A stretch of 64,000 nucleotides of DNA from an uncultured Francisella sp. (GTDB taxonomy: Bacteria > Pseudomonadota > Gammaproteobacteria > Francisellales > Francisellaceae): positions 650,264 to 714,263 of the forward strand of contig OZ251217.1 in NCBI GenBank assembly GCA_965240355.1, read 5' to 3'. The translations under genes and the position numbers were made by a program. This document shows, piece after piece, positions 10,022-20,449 of the stretch. The notes under the pieces are model-generated. The model saw nothing but the letters and a program-made list of their open reading frames with translations, did not search any database and was not told where the DNA came from. How positions within the stretch are numbered: the first letter of the stretch is position 1; each line of letters opens with the position of its first letter.

Positions 10022-11554
10022 CTACCCATATAACTCTCTTACATCAAAATTTTCTGCAAACTTATGAAACTGAGCAACTTGCTCTTTTTGCCAAGCTCCA
10101 CCCTTACCAAGTTCTGTTGCGATTAGCTCGGCTACTAATGGTGCTGCTTCGATACTTGCTTTGATGTCTAAGAATGCCGCTCTAGTTCTACGAGATAGTA
10201 CATCTTCTACAGTTTTTGCTTTTTCTGCTCTAGCTTGGTAAATAACCTCTGCTTGATAGTATGGCAAATCTTTATGTAGCAAATCAAAGTTATTGAATTC
10301 TTTTTGAATAGCTTTTACTTCATAAGCCATAGTTCCGTATACACTCAAAGGATAGCTTTCTTTAGTATCAGTCGCATCTACAAGTAGCTCAGTTGAAGTC
10401 TTAGATGTCTTTTGTGCAATCTTACCACTTTCGATATGATCTAAAACATCTTGCCCCATTCTTCTAAATATAGTCCATTTACCGCCTACAACTGTAATCA
10501 AACCATTCTCAGATTCAACTATCTCATGCTTGCGTGAAATCTTAGCAGAATTTTTAGCTTTTTTAGGTGAGACTAAAGGTCTTTGTCCACAATAAACTGA
10601 CTTAATATCATCAATAGTTGCTTTCTCTTTAGCGTACTGATTAAATGTTTCTAAGATAAAATCAATCTCTGATTTTTCAGCTCTTGGCTCAAGACTTGGT
10701 TCTTCTTTCTTAACATCTGTAGTACCAATAATTAGATGATTATGCCATGGAAGAATAAATAGCACTCGACCATTTTCTGTTGCTGGAATTAAAATTGCGT
10801 GCTCTGTTGGGAATTTTTCTCTATCAAAAACAATATGTGTGCCTTGAGCAACAGATACAAACTTATGCGACTCTTTACTTTTTGCAAGCTCAATAGTTAC
10901 ATCACTAAAAGTACCTGTAGCATTGACAATGTGCTTAGCAGTAAATTCTGTAATCTCGCCACTTAAAGCATCTTCTACTTTTACAGTATCTACTTTGCCA
11001 TTTTCTGAGCTAGTTATTCCTTTAACTTTACTATAGTTAAGAGCTGTACCACCTTTAGATTCAAAAGTTTTCATTAAAGACACTAACAACCTAGTATCAT
11101 CAAACTGCCCATCATAATAAACTAAACTTTTCATAAGATTTGAATCGTCTATGTTAGGCAACGCATCTAGTGTTTGTTTTTTGTTAAGGTTATAGCTTTT
11201 ACCTATTTTATATTTGCCTGACAAAAACTCATACAGCTTCACACCGATAGTATACTTTATAGTTTCAAAGTAACTACGAGTTGGAATAAGGTAAGATTGC
11301 TTATTTGTAATATGTGGTGCGTTGTGCAAGAATGATAATCTCTCTTCAAGTCCCTCTTTTACCAAAGCAAAATCAAAGTTCTCAAGATAGCGTAAACCAC
11401 CATGTATGAGTTTTGTAGACTTTGAAGATGTACCTTTACCGAAATCTTGTGCTTCTAAAAGCAAAGTTTTATAGCCTCGTGCAACTGCTTCTAGTGCACA
11501 GCCAAAGCCTGTAGCGCCACCACCGATTATTATTATGTCGTAATTATTGTTCAT
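10022..11554 (-). CDS. glpD: FAD-dependent glycerol-3-phosphate dehydrogenase
   Basis: N-terminal dinucleotide fold DIIIIGGGATGFGCALEAVARG and KLIHGGLRYLE motif. 510 aa, adjacent to glpK. Confidence 0.9.
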   Translation of the reverse strand: MNNNYDIIIIGGGATGFGCALEAVARGYKTLLLEAQDFGKGTSSKSTKLIHGGLRYLENFDFALVKEGLEERLSFLHNAPHITNKQSYLIPTRSYFETIKYTIGVKLYEFLSGKYKIGKSYNLNKKQTLDALPNIDDSNLMKSLVYYDGQFDDTRLLVSLMKTFESKGGTALNYSKVKGITSSENGKVDTVKVEDALSGEITEFTAKHIVNATGTFSDVTIELAKSKESHKFVSVAQGTHIVFDREKFPTEHAILIPATENGRVLFILPWHNHLIIGTTDVKKEEPSLEPRAEKSEIDFILETFNQYAKEKATIDDIKSVYCGQRPLVSPKKAKNSAKISRKHEIVESENGLITVVGGKWTIFRRMGQDVLDHIESGKIAQKTSKTSTELLVDATDTKESYPLSVYGTMAYEVKAIQKEFNNFDLLHKDLPYYQAEVIYQARAEKAKTVEDVLSRRTRAAFLDIKASIEAAPLVAELIATELGKGGAWQKEQVAQFHKFAENFDVRELYG

Positions 11555-11662
11555 TTTCTTTTTGTCTTCTTTAATTTAAAAACTACACCGTATTGCTTTA
11601 CAATCCACCCAGTCAAGTCTTGAAGGGGTATCAGTCACTTGACTAGCGGAGTAGTACTAGAC

Positions 11663-13162
11663 CTACTCAGCCCAAGCCATACTTCTTTCTACTGCTTTTT
11701 TCCAACCCTTATAGTCATGTGTTACAGTCTCGACATCTCTTTCTGGAATAAATGTCTTATCTGTAGTTAGTATAGTTTTTAGCTCTTCTTTATCTTTCCA
11801 AAAACCAATAGCAAGTCCAGCTAAGAATACAGCTCCAAGACCTGTGATTTCATTAATCTTTGACTTAGATATATTAGACTGTAAAATATCTGCTTGGAAC
11901 TGCATTAAGAAATTATTTTGCACCGCGCCACCATCTACACGCAGACCCTGTAAATCAAGGCCTGTATCTTTTTTCATACAATCAAGTACATCTTTAGCTT
12001 GATAAGCAATTGCCTCTAATGAAGCTCTAATAATATGCTCACGCTTTGTATCACGAGTAATACCCACAATAGTACCACGAGCATACATATCCCAATATGG
12101 CGTACCAAGACCTACGAAAGCCGGTACTAGATAGACACCATTTGTTGAATCAATCTTTGTAGCGTAGTATTCACTATCTTCTGCTGAACGAATAAGACCT
12201 AAGCCATCTCTAATCCATTGAATAACAGAACCTGCGATAAATACACTACCTTCAAGAGCATAAGTTGGCTTACCATCCTCTGCCCATGCAATAGTTGTAA
12301 GAAGTCCTGCATCTGAAAATACTGGCTTATCACCAACATTCATAAGAGCAAAACAACCTGTACCATAAGTATTTTTAGCCATACCTTCTTCAAAACAACA
12401 ATACCCAAATAAGGCTGATTGCTGATCTCCCGCTACACCTGCTATAGGAATTCTAGCTCCGCCTAGAGTGCTTTCATGAGTACAACCAAAATCACCACTT
12501 GATGATCTAACTTCTGGTAATATTGATTCTGGTATACCCAAGTAATCTAAAATTTTCTTATCCCACTCTAGTGTATTGATATTGAAAAGCATAGTTCTTG
12601 AAGCATTTGAAAAATCTGTTGCGTGAACTGCGCCTTTCGTGAAATTCCAAATTAGCCAACTATCAATTGTTCCAAACAATAATTCGCCATTTTCAGCTTT
12701 TTCTCTAGCACCATTAACATTATCTAAAACCCACTTAATCTTTGTACCTGAGAAATAAGCATCCACAAGTAAGCCAGTATTTTTACGGATATATTCAGCA
12801 AAATCTTTATCTTTGTTGATTTCATCACATATATGCGATGTTCTTCGACACTGCCAAACGATTACATTGTATACTGGTTTGCCAGTATTTTTATCCCAGA
12901 CTACTGTAGTCTCTCTTTGGTTTGCAATACCTATTGCAGCAATATCTCTAGGTGAAACTCTCGCGTACTCTAATTCTTCGCGTACGATACTACTTTGAGA
13001 TGCCCATATTTCCATAGGATCATGCTCAATCCAGCCACTTTTAGGATAGATTTGTGGAAATTCTTTTTGGGCTATATTTCTGATGTTACCTTGCTTATCA
13101 AATATGATTGCTCGCGAACTTGTAGTACCTTGATCAACTGCTAATACAAATTTTTCTGACAT
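11663..13162 (-). CDS. glpK: Glycerol kinase
   Basis: The sequence [22 protein letters not shown]... is highly typical of the FGGY kinase GlpK. I prefer the MSEKF Met (13162) over the track's upstream Met (13171). Confidence 0.95.
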   Translation of the reverse strand: MSEKFVLAVDQGTTSSRAIIFDKQGNIRNIAQKEFPQIYPKSGWIEHDPMEIWASQSSIVREELEYARVSPRDIAAIGIANQRETTVVWDKNTGKPVYNVIVWQCRRTSHICDEINKDKDFAEYIRKNTGLLVDAYFSGTKIKWVLDNVNGAREKAENGELLFGTIDSWLIWNFTKGAVHATDFSNASRTMLFNINTLEWDKKILDYLGIPESILPEVRSSSGDFGCTHESTLGGARIPIAGVAGDQQSALFGYCCFEEGMAKNTYGTGCFALMNVGDKPVFSDAGLLTTIAWAEDGKPTYALEGSVFIAGSVIQWIRDGLGLIRSAEDSEYYATKIDSTNGVYLVPAFVGLGTPYWDMYARGTIVGITRDTKREHIIRASLEAIAYQAKDVLDCMKKDTGLDLQGLRVDGGAVQNNFLMQFQADILQSNISKSKINEITGLGAVFLAGLAIGFWKDKEELKTILTTDKTFIPERDVETVTHDYKGWKKAVERSMAWAE

Positions 13163-13214
13163 ATAAATCACCCTTTAAATATTAATTTAAACCATAGATA
13201 TTATACAACTTTTT

Positions 13215-14423
13215 TAATCTTTAATAAAAAGATCTATAAATGGTGATAGTGCCATTAAAATTGGCAAAATTAACAATGATATTTTAAAAGATTGAAGCTC
13301 AACAAAGACATAACCCTGCAATCAAGAAACCATAAAACCAACAAATGGTTGTCAAATAGCTCCACTTAGAGGTATAAATAAATTAACCATTGTAAGGCCA
13401 GTAGCTATATACATAGGGCTGATTTACGAGCGCAGAATTGTAAAATTAAGAACATTAACTGCCTGCATTCCACCCCAAAGTACACATAGTAGACAAATAA
13501 TAAGAGGGTTTACATTTAGATACACTATTGCAAGAACTATAAAAACAATAGTACATAAGTTAAAAAATAGCTTTTCTTTATTGAGAATAGTCGCAATCAC
13601 GCCCCACAATGAACTAAATACAGATATACCTATAAATATCATAGATGAAGCAAGCCCAGCATACTGCTCAGAATAGCCGTCTAAAATCAAAAACCTATAG
13701 CTACACAAATCTGCAAAAAGTGCTGTAGTAAAATATATAGTAAAACAGAAAAAGCCATTTAAAAGTATTTGCTTAATCTGAAATACAACAGGCATATCTT
13801 CAAGATGAGTATGAGTATCGGCCAAGATATCGGTATCTTTTTGATTGTGAGGCTCTTCTTTTGGCATAAAAATAAGCACACAGACAAACAAAATCATCGA
13901 AACAACAAATATACCTGCCATGATTACTTGAATACTGTAAATTTTGCTAATATGACAAGTGGCAACCCTGTCAAAGTACCTGCACCATACATAAGCATCT
14001 GCGTAGCACCTGTAAACATAGGAAAAAGTCTTTAAGGTAAACATATAAAAATAGCTTTCAATGAACACAAAAAAATGAACATCCCGCACCAAAGCCTGCT
14101 AATAATCGATAGATTATCAAATATTGCTCTGATGTGGAGAATGTTGGTATAAGCAACCCTATAGAAAATATAAATGTACTTCCAAGTATAACCCTCTTGA
14201 TACCAAACTTATCTATGAGGATACCTGCAGGCAATTGTGAGGCTACATAAGCCCAGTAAAATGCTGAGCTAAAAATGCCAATCCGCCCCGGAGAAAGATT
14301 ATATGGTGCTATAGAATAGTCATGAAACAATTAGTTCCCAGACGCTCGAACTATGAATTCTAACGCATAAAAAAAGGCGTATAGAAACCAAATGATAAAA
14401 CCTGCTTTAGTAACTTTTTGCAT
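13215..14423 (-). pseudogene. MFS transporter pseudogene (paralogue of 15320-16510)
   Basis: Reading from the ATG at 14423-14421 gives MQKVTKAGFIIWFLYAFFYALEFIVRASGN*. It continues in other frames through ORFs 14058-14330 (…SSAFYWAYVASQLPAGILIDKFG) and 13424-14092, plus a hydrophobic tail down to about 13215. There are several stops and frameshifts. Confidence 0.75.
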
Positions 14424-14623
14424 AAGGTAATTGCTACAAGACATAGACTATATAATGATTAGGCTATAAAGGTGCCTATATGTAAACAACACTCCTCCTA
14501 TACAAATTTATATAGATTTGAAGCTACTAATAGCTTCTGTACCTTACCGCCTAGATCCTCAATACAACTTACACCTCTCAAGCCAGTGTTTAGTAAGTAA
14601 CTTCAATTATATGAAGCAAAAAC

Positions 14624-15229
14624 CTAGAAATTCCATTCAACACCAGTTTTTAGAACTTTTGAACCATTGTATTGGGTATCTCTAAAATTTTTAATTACCT
14701 CTGAATTACCAGCCATTTCACCTGTTAAATTATACTGCCCCTCTACAACTAGACCAAAATTATCAGATACTTTATATTTTGCTCCTGTCTCACTGCCTGC
14801 AAGAATGGCTATTTTATCTGTATAATTTAGGTTATCATCAAGACCATTAGGCCTATAATATGATGCTCCCAACACAACCCCACCGTATAACTCAAGCTTA
14901 CCATCCAAGATTTTTTTTCTAAGCATGGCTTCTTCTGTATAAAATTTTGAAGTTACGATTGTTTTATTTTCTCTTTCGAGGCCAATATTAGTAGTTTTTG
15001 TATCTAAAGTAAGGGCTTTATTTATTTTTGGGTTATTGTCTGTACTGGAATGCATAAAATCAAAAGCATCTTGCCTATTGAATTTTAAATTATTTTCTCT
15101 AGCAATTAAATTATCCAACAAATCATTTGTTGTAATGTAATATTTATATATTTGAGGGCTAATATGAGTATCCGCATCAGTCATACAAGACACAAAAGAT
15201 AAAGCGACTATTAGTATACAACTTCTCAT
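14624..15229 (-). CDS. Putative outer-membrane/lipoprotein of unknown function
   Basis: Signal peptide with Cys (MRSCILIVALSFVSC), an alternating beta-strand-like C-terminal half and a terminal aromatic residue (…GVEWNF) as in small beta-barrel OMPs. No family recognised. Confidence 0.5.
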   Translation of the reverse strand: MRSCILIVALSFVSCMTDADTHISPQIYKYYITTNDLLDNLIARENNLKFNRQDAFDFMHSSTDNNPKINKALTLDTKTTNIGLERENKTIVTSKFYTEEAMLRKKILDGKLELYGGVVLGASYYRPNGLDDNLNYTDKIAILAGSETGAKYKVSDNFGLVVEGQYNLTGEMAGNSEVIKNFRDTQYNGSKVLKTGVEWNF

Positions 15230-15319
15230 AACGCACTCCTTTATTAACTAACTTTAACTAGACAGTTATAGTAAAGATTATATATCCTAAAACAATAAGT
15301 TTATACATTAATACACTAG

Positions 15320-16510
15320 ATGAACAAATTTAAAATGTCTCTTATCCTTTTTGTCGGGGTTGGATTTTATTGTTATGAATTCTTTTTGAGGATACTTACA
15401 GGCGCTTATCAGGATCAAATTGTAAGCTATTTTCATATCCAAAGTCATGTTGGATTTTCATTCCTGGTATCTAACTACAACATCACTTACCTACTCATGC
15501 AAATACCTGCAGGCATACTTCTTGACCGATACGGTAGCAAAAAAGTTTTAATTACAGCAACTATGCTTTGCGGTATTGGAAATATTATATTTATAAGAGG
15601 AGGTTTTGAGCTAGCAATCGTAGGTAGGCTTATTGTCGGCATAGGCTCATCATTTGCATTTATTGGTATACTAAAACTTGCTTTAGAAAATTTTCCTAGA
15701 AAACATTTTGCTCTTGTCACAAGTATAGTTTTATCGTTAGGTACGCTAGCTGCTGCTTTTTCACAAAACATAAGCGTAATAATATCAAGCTTCGATGTTT
15801 CTTGGATTGATGTATTTATATACTCTGGATTAGCTGCTATACCTTTAGCTTTTCTTTTTCAGCTAATCATACGAAAACAAGCAAACTCGAAGCAGCTAAT
15901 GCCAAAATTAAACGAGATGTTTGATATAAGCAAAAGCTTACTCAAGAATGTTCGGTTATGGAAAAATGCTATTTGGGGCGGTTTGATATACATACCAACA
16001 GTAGTGATAACCTCTCAATACGGTATTTTGTATTTCAAAGAAGCTTATGGCTTTGACACTATTTATTCAGCGACGATGGTTACTGTTTTATTTATTGGCT
16101 GGGTAATATTTTCACCTATAAACATGATACTCTGCAAAAAAATCTCTACAAATAAAATCATTGGACTACCTGCACTAATCTCTATAGTTATAATATTGAT
16201 TTTTAATGCAGGTATAATGACTAGCTCTACAATGGTTCTAGCGTTTTTATTTGGTGCAGTTTCAGCATCACAAGTATTGGTATGGCATCATTTTAGTGAA
16301 ATTTGTCCGCCAAGTATGACTGCTATTGGCATAGCTGTTACAAACATGATTATCACTTTAGTCACAGAACTTGGGCAGTTAGGTGTTGGAATATCTATGG
16401 ATGTAGGAAAAATCTTTAGTATAAAACTCAATACTTGTATCGCATTAAGCTTTATTGTTTACATTATTCTTGCTCTAATTGTGCATAGGTCTTCGAGTAG
16501 AAAAGCCTGA
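15320..16510 (+). CDS. MFS transporter (intact)
   Basis: 396 aa, about 12 TM segments, MFS loop motif PAGILLDRYGSKKV. Ends with a TGA stop. Confidence 0.8.
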   Translation: MNKFKMSLILFVGVGFYCYEFFLRILTGAYQDQIVSYFHIQSHVGFSFLVSNYNITYLLMQIPAGILLDRYGSKKVLITATMLCGIGNIIFIRGGFELAIVGRLIVGIGSSFAFIGILKLALENFPRKHFALVTSIVLSLGTLAAAFSQNISVIISSFDVSWIDVFIYSGLAAIPLAFLFQLIIRKQANSKQLMPKLNEMFDISKSLLKNVRLWKNAIWGGLIYIPTVVITSQYGILYFKEAYGFDTIYSATMVTVLFIGWVIFSPINMILCKKISTNKIIGLPALISIVIILIFNAGIMTSSTMVLAFLFGAVSASQVLVWHHFSEICPPSMTAIGIAVTNMIITLVTELGQLGVGISMDVGKIFSIKLNTCIALSFIVYIILALIVHRSSSRKA

Positions 16511-16627
16511 GGTGCTATTGTGATTTGTATTTTTAGGTGTACAAGTCACGACTTGACACTACAACATTGATAATTTGATACAAATACCCAACTAAAAATA
16601 ATGACATAAAACATAAACATCATCTTC

Positions 16628-17742
16628 TGCTCTACCTCGTAAATTTGGGACATTTTAGCCATTCATTTTCCATTATATATTCAAACTTATTCGGAGTCAT
16701 ATAATTTATTGTAGAATGTTTTCTTTTTGTATTGTAATAAGCTTCAATATATTCAAATATTGATAACTTAGCTTCTTCTCTAGTTTTATAGTTTTCATCA
16801 TGTACTAACTCTACTTTTAAAGTTCCAAAGAAACTCTCACAAGCAGCGTTATCGTAACAGCATCCTTTAGAGCTCATACTTGATAGTAGCCAGTGTCCTT
16901 TAAATAATATCTTGATACTGTTTGCTACAGTATTGTGATCCTTTGACAGAGTGTATAATCACACAGAGATATAACCATCCTTCTTGTGTAGGTATGTAAG
17001 TTATATCTGTAACTCATCTATGATTTACAGATAAAGCAGTGAAGTTTTATTCTAATAAATTATCAGACACATGTTTGTTATGGTGCGAGTCTTGCGTTGC
17101 TTTATGTTTACGAATAGCCTTAGCTTGTAAACCTAGTATTTTTATGCGTTTAAATACTCTAGGTTGAGTAACTTTCCAACCCATATCTTTAAGTTCTTTG
17201 TATATCCTAACACTTCCATATCTAGATGCTCATTAAATATAGCGGTAATAGCATCATCTAGCTCAGCATCATTAGATTGCCTTTTAACTATAGGTTTATG
17301 TATACATCTGTAATATTAAGATGTGCTAACATTCAAAGATTTCAATAGTGTTGTTACTGGCATAACTTTACAATACTCTTTAATAAAGGCGTACCTTATA
17401 GAGTTTGCTTTGCAAAGTACGCTGCTGACTTTTTTAGTATTTCACGCTCTGGATGCCTGTTTGAGTTTTTTCTTCAAATCAGTATTTTCAGATGATAATT
17501 GCTGATACTGAGTTTTATAATCTATTTTTATATCTTTTGATGGGGTTAACATAGCTTTGGATATCCAAGTACTTAATGTCTTATATTTTATCCCTAAATT
17601 ATCTGCTATTTCTCGTCTATTTGCATCTGGTTGCAAACATAATTTAACAGCCTCATCTTTAAATTCTTTTGTATATCTTTGGTAAACCATATTTGTCTCC
17701 TTTTCTTAACACCTAAGTGTCCCAAATTGGAGGGTATGATCA
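16628..17742 (-). mobile_element. IS3-family insertion sequence, copy 2 (defective)
   Basis: Same element as 7824-8795 in the opposite orientation. It has orfA (17442-17690, HTH MVYQRYTKEFKDEAVKLC...), an A AAA AAG heptamer (complement of 17429-17435) and an orfB C-terminal fragment at 16632-16877. The left IR ends at 17742, 3 nt from the argR stop codon. Confidence 0.88.
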
Positions 17743-17745
17743 CCC

Positions 17746-18201
17746 TTAAGCTTTTGAAAAAAGAAATTTTTCAATATTATCTCTTAGTTTTTCTATATTT
17801 TTTATAGTTAAAGGTGCAATGAATAAAGTATCATCCCCAGCAACAATCCCAATAATCTCGAAACTATTCTTGTTATAGTCTAATACTCTAGCTACTAGCT
17901 GGGCTGAACCAGGTGCAGTTTCGATAATAACATTCACTTCATTTGCCATTATTTTCATTATCAAAGAGGATATATTAGCAGTCATCAATGGTGGTGCTGG
18001 TTCATCAGGTATCTTATATACGAGTGTTTTCTGATTATTCTTGACTTTAATAGCGCCAATATTTTTAAGTAATCTGTTTACTTTTGATTGGCTCACTTCA
18101 TAACCAAGCTGAGACAACGTAGCACAGATATCTTTTTGTGAAGAAAACTCTTTACTTAATATAAGTTGCTGTAAGTCATATTGAATATCAAATTTAGTCA
18201 T
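17746..18201 (-). CDS. argR: Arginine repressor
   Basis: 151 aa with a winged-helix N-terminus (…SQSKVNRLLKNIGAIKV) and a C-terminal oligomerisation domain with the GDDTLFIAP motif. Confidence 0.85.
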   Translation of the reverse strand: MTKFDIQYDLQQLILSKEFSSQKDICATLSQLGYEVSQSKVNRLLKNIGAIKVKNNQKTLVYKIPDEPAPPLMTANISSLIMKIMANEVNVIIETAPGSAQLVARVLDYNKNSFEIIGIVAGDDTLFIAPLTIKNIEKLRDNIEKFLFSKA

Positions 18202-18247
18202 AGCTATAAATATCCCTGTTTTATAATACTAAAAAATTAATGCTTTC

Positions 18248-18277
18248 ATTATAATGATAATGAATCAAATTAGTCAA
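18248..18277 (-). promoter_or_regulatory. Candidate sigma70 promoter for argR
   Basis: On the minus strand a TTGACT (18277-18272), an 18-nt spacer and a TATAAT (18253-18248) lie about 45 nt upstream of the argR ATG. The -10 sits inside a 12-bp perfect palindrome, TCATTATAATGA. Motif match only. Confidence 0.45.
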
Positions 18278-18298
18278 ATTTATGAATAAAAACCCAAG

Positions 18299-20449
18299 TT
18301 AAACTAACTCAATAGGGTCAATATCAAAATACATTTTGATAGAACTAGACAGTTGAGGTTGCACTCTAGCTTTAACCCATTTTATGATGCTATTAATCTT
18401 TTTTCTTGAATTTGCTGTTATAAGTAAACTATATCTATAGACATTGTTTTTCTTGAGATGTAAAGCTGGTAATGGTTCTGATACCTGCACTATATTTTGT
18501 ACAGATAGTTTCTCATGAAGGGTTTTTAGAAGAATCAATACTTCTGCCTCATTTTTTGATTCTGTTATTATCTGAGCTTGAAATGTATATGGTGGGTATT
18601 TTGCATATTCGCGTTGCTCAAGCAAATAATCTAAAAACCCAAGATAATCTCTACTAACCAATAACTGCAGCAATTTATTCTCTGGCTGATAAGTTTGTAG
18701 CAATATCACACCGGGTTTATCAGCACGCCCTGCTCGACCTGAAACTTGCACTATAAGTTGAGCTGTCTTTTCTATTGCATGAAAATCTATACTATACAAA
18801 CCGGCATCTATATTTATAAGCCCAACAAGTGTGATATTTGCAAAATGATGCCCCTTTGCTATCATCTGCGTACCTACAATAATATCAACCATATTAGTAT
18901 TTATAATTTCATTGACACTATCTAAATCATTGATAGTTTTAACATTAGTACGGTCAAAGCGAATGATTTTATTATATGGAAACTTTGCCTCTAAACGAGA
19001 CTGCACTTTTTCTGTACCACTTCCAAATGTAAAAAACTCACCGCCATCACAACTTTGACAAGAAGTAGCTATAGGCTGACGTGTACCACAAAAATGACAA
19101 GCTAAATATTGATGTGGATGAGTGTGTAGAGTAAATGGTTTGTCACATTTTTTACACTCAATAACCTCGCCACAACTCTTACATACCAAAGATTTAGCAA
19201 AACCTAATTTATTTATAAAAATCAAAGACTGGCTATGTGCATTGATATTATTTTCAAGTAACTGAAAGAGCTTGCTACTAATGCCATTATCGACAATAGA
19301 TGATTTTAAATCTAAAAGCCTAACTTCATTTTTGAAACTATTGAGCGCTTGATTTTTAAGTTTAAGTAGAGTATACTTACTAGACTTACAATTATAGTAG
19401 CTTTCAATAGATGGCGTTGCACTCCCAAGTATAACAGGAATATCTAACCCTTTAGCTCGAAATATTGCCACATCACGAGCATTGTATCTTATAGTACTTG
19501 ATTGCTGTTTAAATGAATTATCATGCTCTTCATCGACAATTATCATACCGAGATCTTTGAAGTCAGAAAGTACTCCACTACGAGTAGATATGACAACATC
19601 TGCATTACCTGCCTTTATATTTACCCAATTAGTAAGTCTAGCTTTTTCAGAAAGTTTAGAATGCATTGTAACTATCTTTTTACCTGCAAATCTTTGTTCA
19701 AACCTTTGCATAGTTTGTGGCGTGAGATTTATCTCTGGAATAAGTACCAGTATCTGCTGCTGTACACTTAAAAACTTTTGAATAGCTTGTAAATAAACCT
19801 CCGTCTTACCGCTACCTGTAACACCATATAATAAAAACACCTCAAAGCCTTTTGACTGAGATATTGCCTCTAAAGCACTTTGTTGGTCTTGGTTTAATTG
19901 CTTTTTAAAATCTTGTTTTAAGTTTGTAGTAGGAACATCTTTTAGCTTCGTAGTTTTTATAAGTATATTTTTATTTATTAAACGAGTAATTATATTAGTC
20001 GAAAACCTATGTCTTAGTTCATCATACCTAAAAGTAATACCATCATCAAAAACCTGCTTAACTTCTTGTTGCTTAGCTGTAAGTTTATAGCCTGCTGGAG
20101 ATTGATTTTTAAATATATAAACATCTTGTTTTGGTGTTACAACTTCACTTTTAAAATAACCATTTGGCAGGGCTAAACGGATTGCACTATATAGATCACA
20201 GCAATAGTAATGTGCTAACCAACTAACTATTTTTTGTAGATCTAAACTTATAGGACTATCGAGATACTTTGTAATTAGTTTAACTTTTGATACATCATAA
20301 TCAACGGTTATATCTTTAGCAACCACAAAGCCAATTAACATTCGCTTGCCAACTTGAACAAGCACCCTATCGAAAAAATTTACCTCACTCTCAACACTAT
20401 AGTCTAATAAATAACTAGGAGGTACTTGTAAGGCTACTTTAACTATCAT
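18299..20449 (-). CDS. priA: Primosomal protein N' (replication restart helicase PriA)
   Basis: 716 aa with Walker A GVTGSGKTEVY, DEEHD, and the Cys-rich zinc motif CKSCGEVIECKKCD...CHFCG...CQSC. Confidence 0.93.
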   Translation of the reverse strand: MIVKVALQVPPSYLLDYSVESEVNFFDRVLVQVGKRMLIGFVVAKDITVDYDVSKVKLITKYLDSPISLDLQKIVSWLAHYYCCDLYSAIRLALPNGYFKSEVVTPKQDVYIFKNQSPAGYKLTAKQQEVKQVFDDGITFRYDELRHRFSTNIITRLINKNILIKTTKLKDVPTTNLKQDFKKQLNQDQQSALEAISQSKGFEVFLLYGVTGSGKTEVYLQAIQKFLSVQQQILVLIPEINLTPQTMQRFEQRFAGKKIVTMHSKLSEKARLTNWVNIKAGNADVVISTRSGVLSDFKDLGMIIVDEEHDNSFKQQSSTIRYNARDVAIFRAKGLDIPVILGSATPSIESYYNCKSSKYTLLKLKNQALNSFKNEVRLLDLKSSIVDNGISSKLFQLLENNINAHSQSLIFINKLGFAKSLVCKSCGEVIECKKCDKPFTLHTHPHQYLACHFCGTRQPIATSCQSCDGGEFFTFGSGTEKVQSRLEAKFPYNKIIRFDRTNVKTINDLDSVNEIINTNMVDIIVGTQMIAKGHHFANITLVGLINIDAGLYSIDFHAIEKTAQLIVQVSGRAGRADKPGVILLQTYQPENKLLQLLVSRDYLGFLDYLLEQREYAKYPPYTFQAQIITESKNEAEVLILLKTLHEKLSVQNIVQVSEPLPALHLKKNNVYRYSLLITANSRKKINSIIKWVKARVQPQLSSSIKMYFDIDPIELV

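Noticed and set aside
14520-14537. Hairpin GAAGCTA-CTAA-TAGCTTC about 85 nt downstream of the putative OMP gene as a terminator. Similar AT-only hairpins follow lysS (about 38530-38550) and the acyltransferase gene (about 56915-56935).
   Set aside because: No T-tract follows on the relevant strand and the stems are short or AT-only. The evidence for intrinsic terminators is insufficient.
18241-18298. TGAAT/ATTCA-rich sequence upstream of argR that might be ARG boxes for autoregulation.
   Set aside because: I could not align any 18-mer to the TGAAT-N4-ATTCA type consensus with better than about 10/18 matches. Only the promoter-like hexamers and a 12-bp palindrome are reported.
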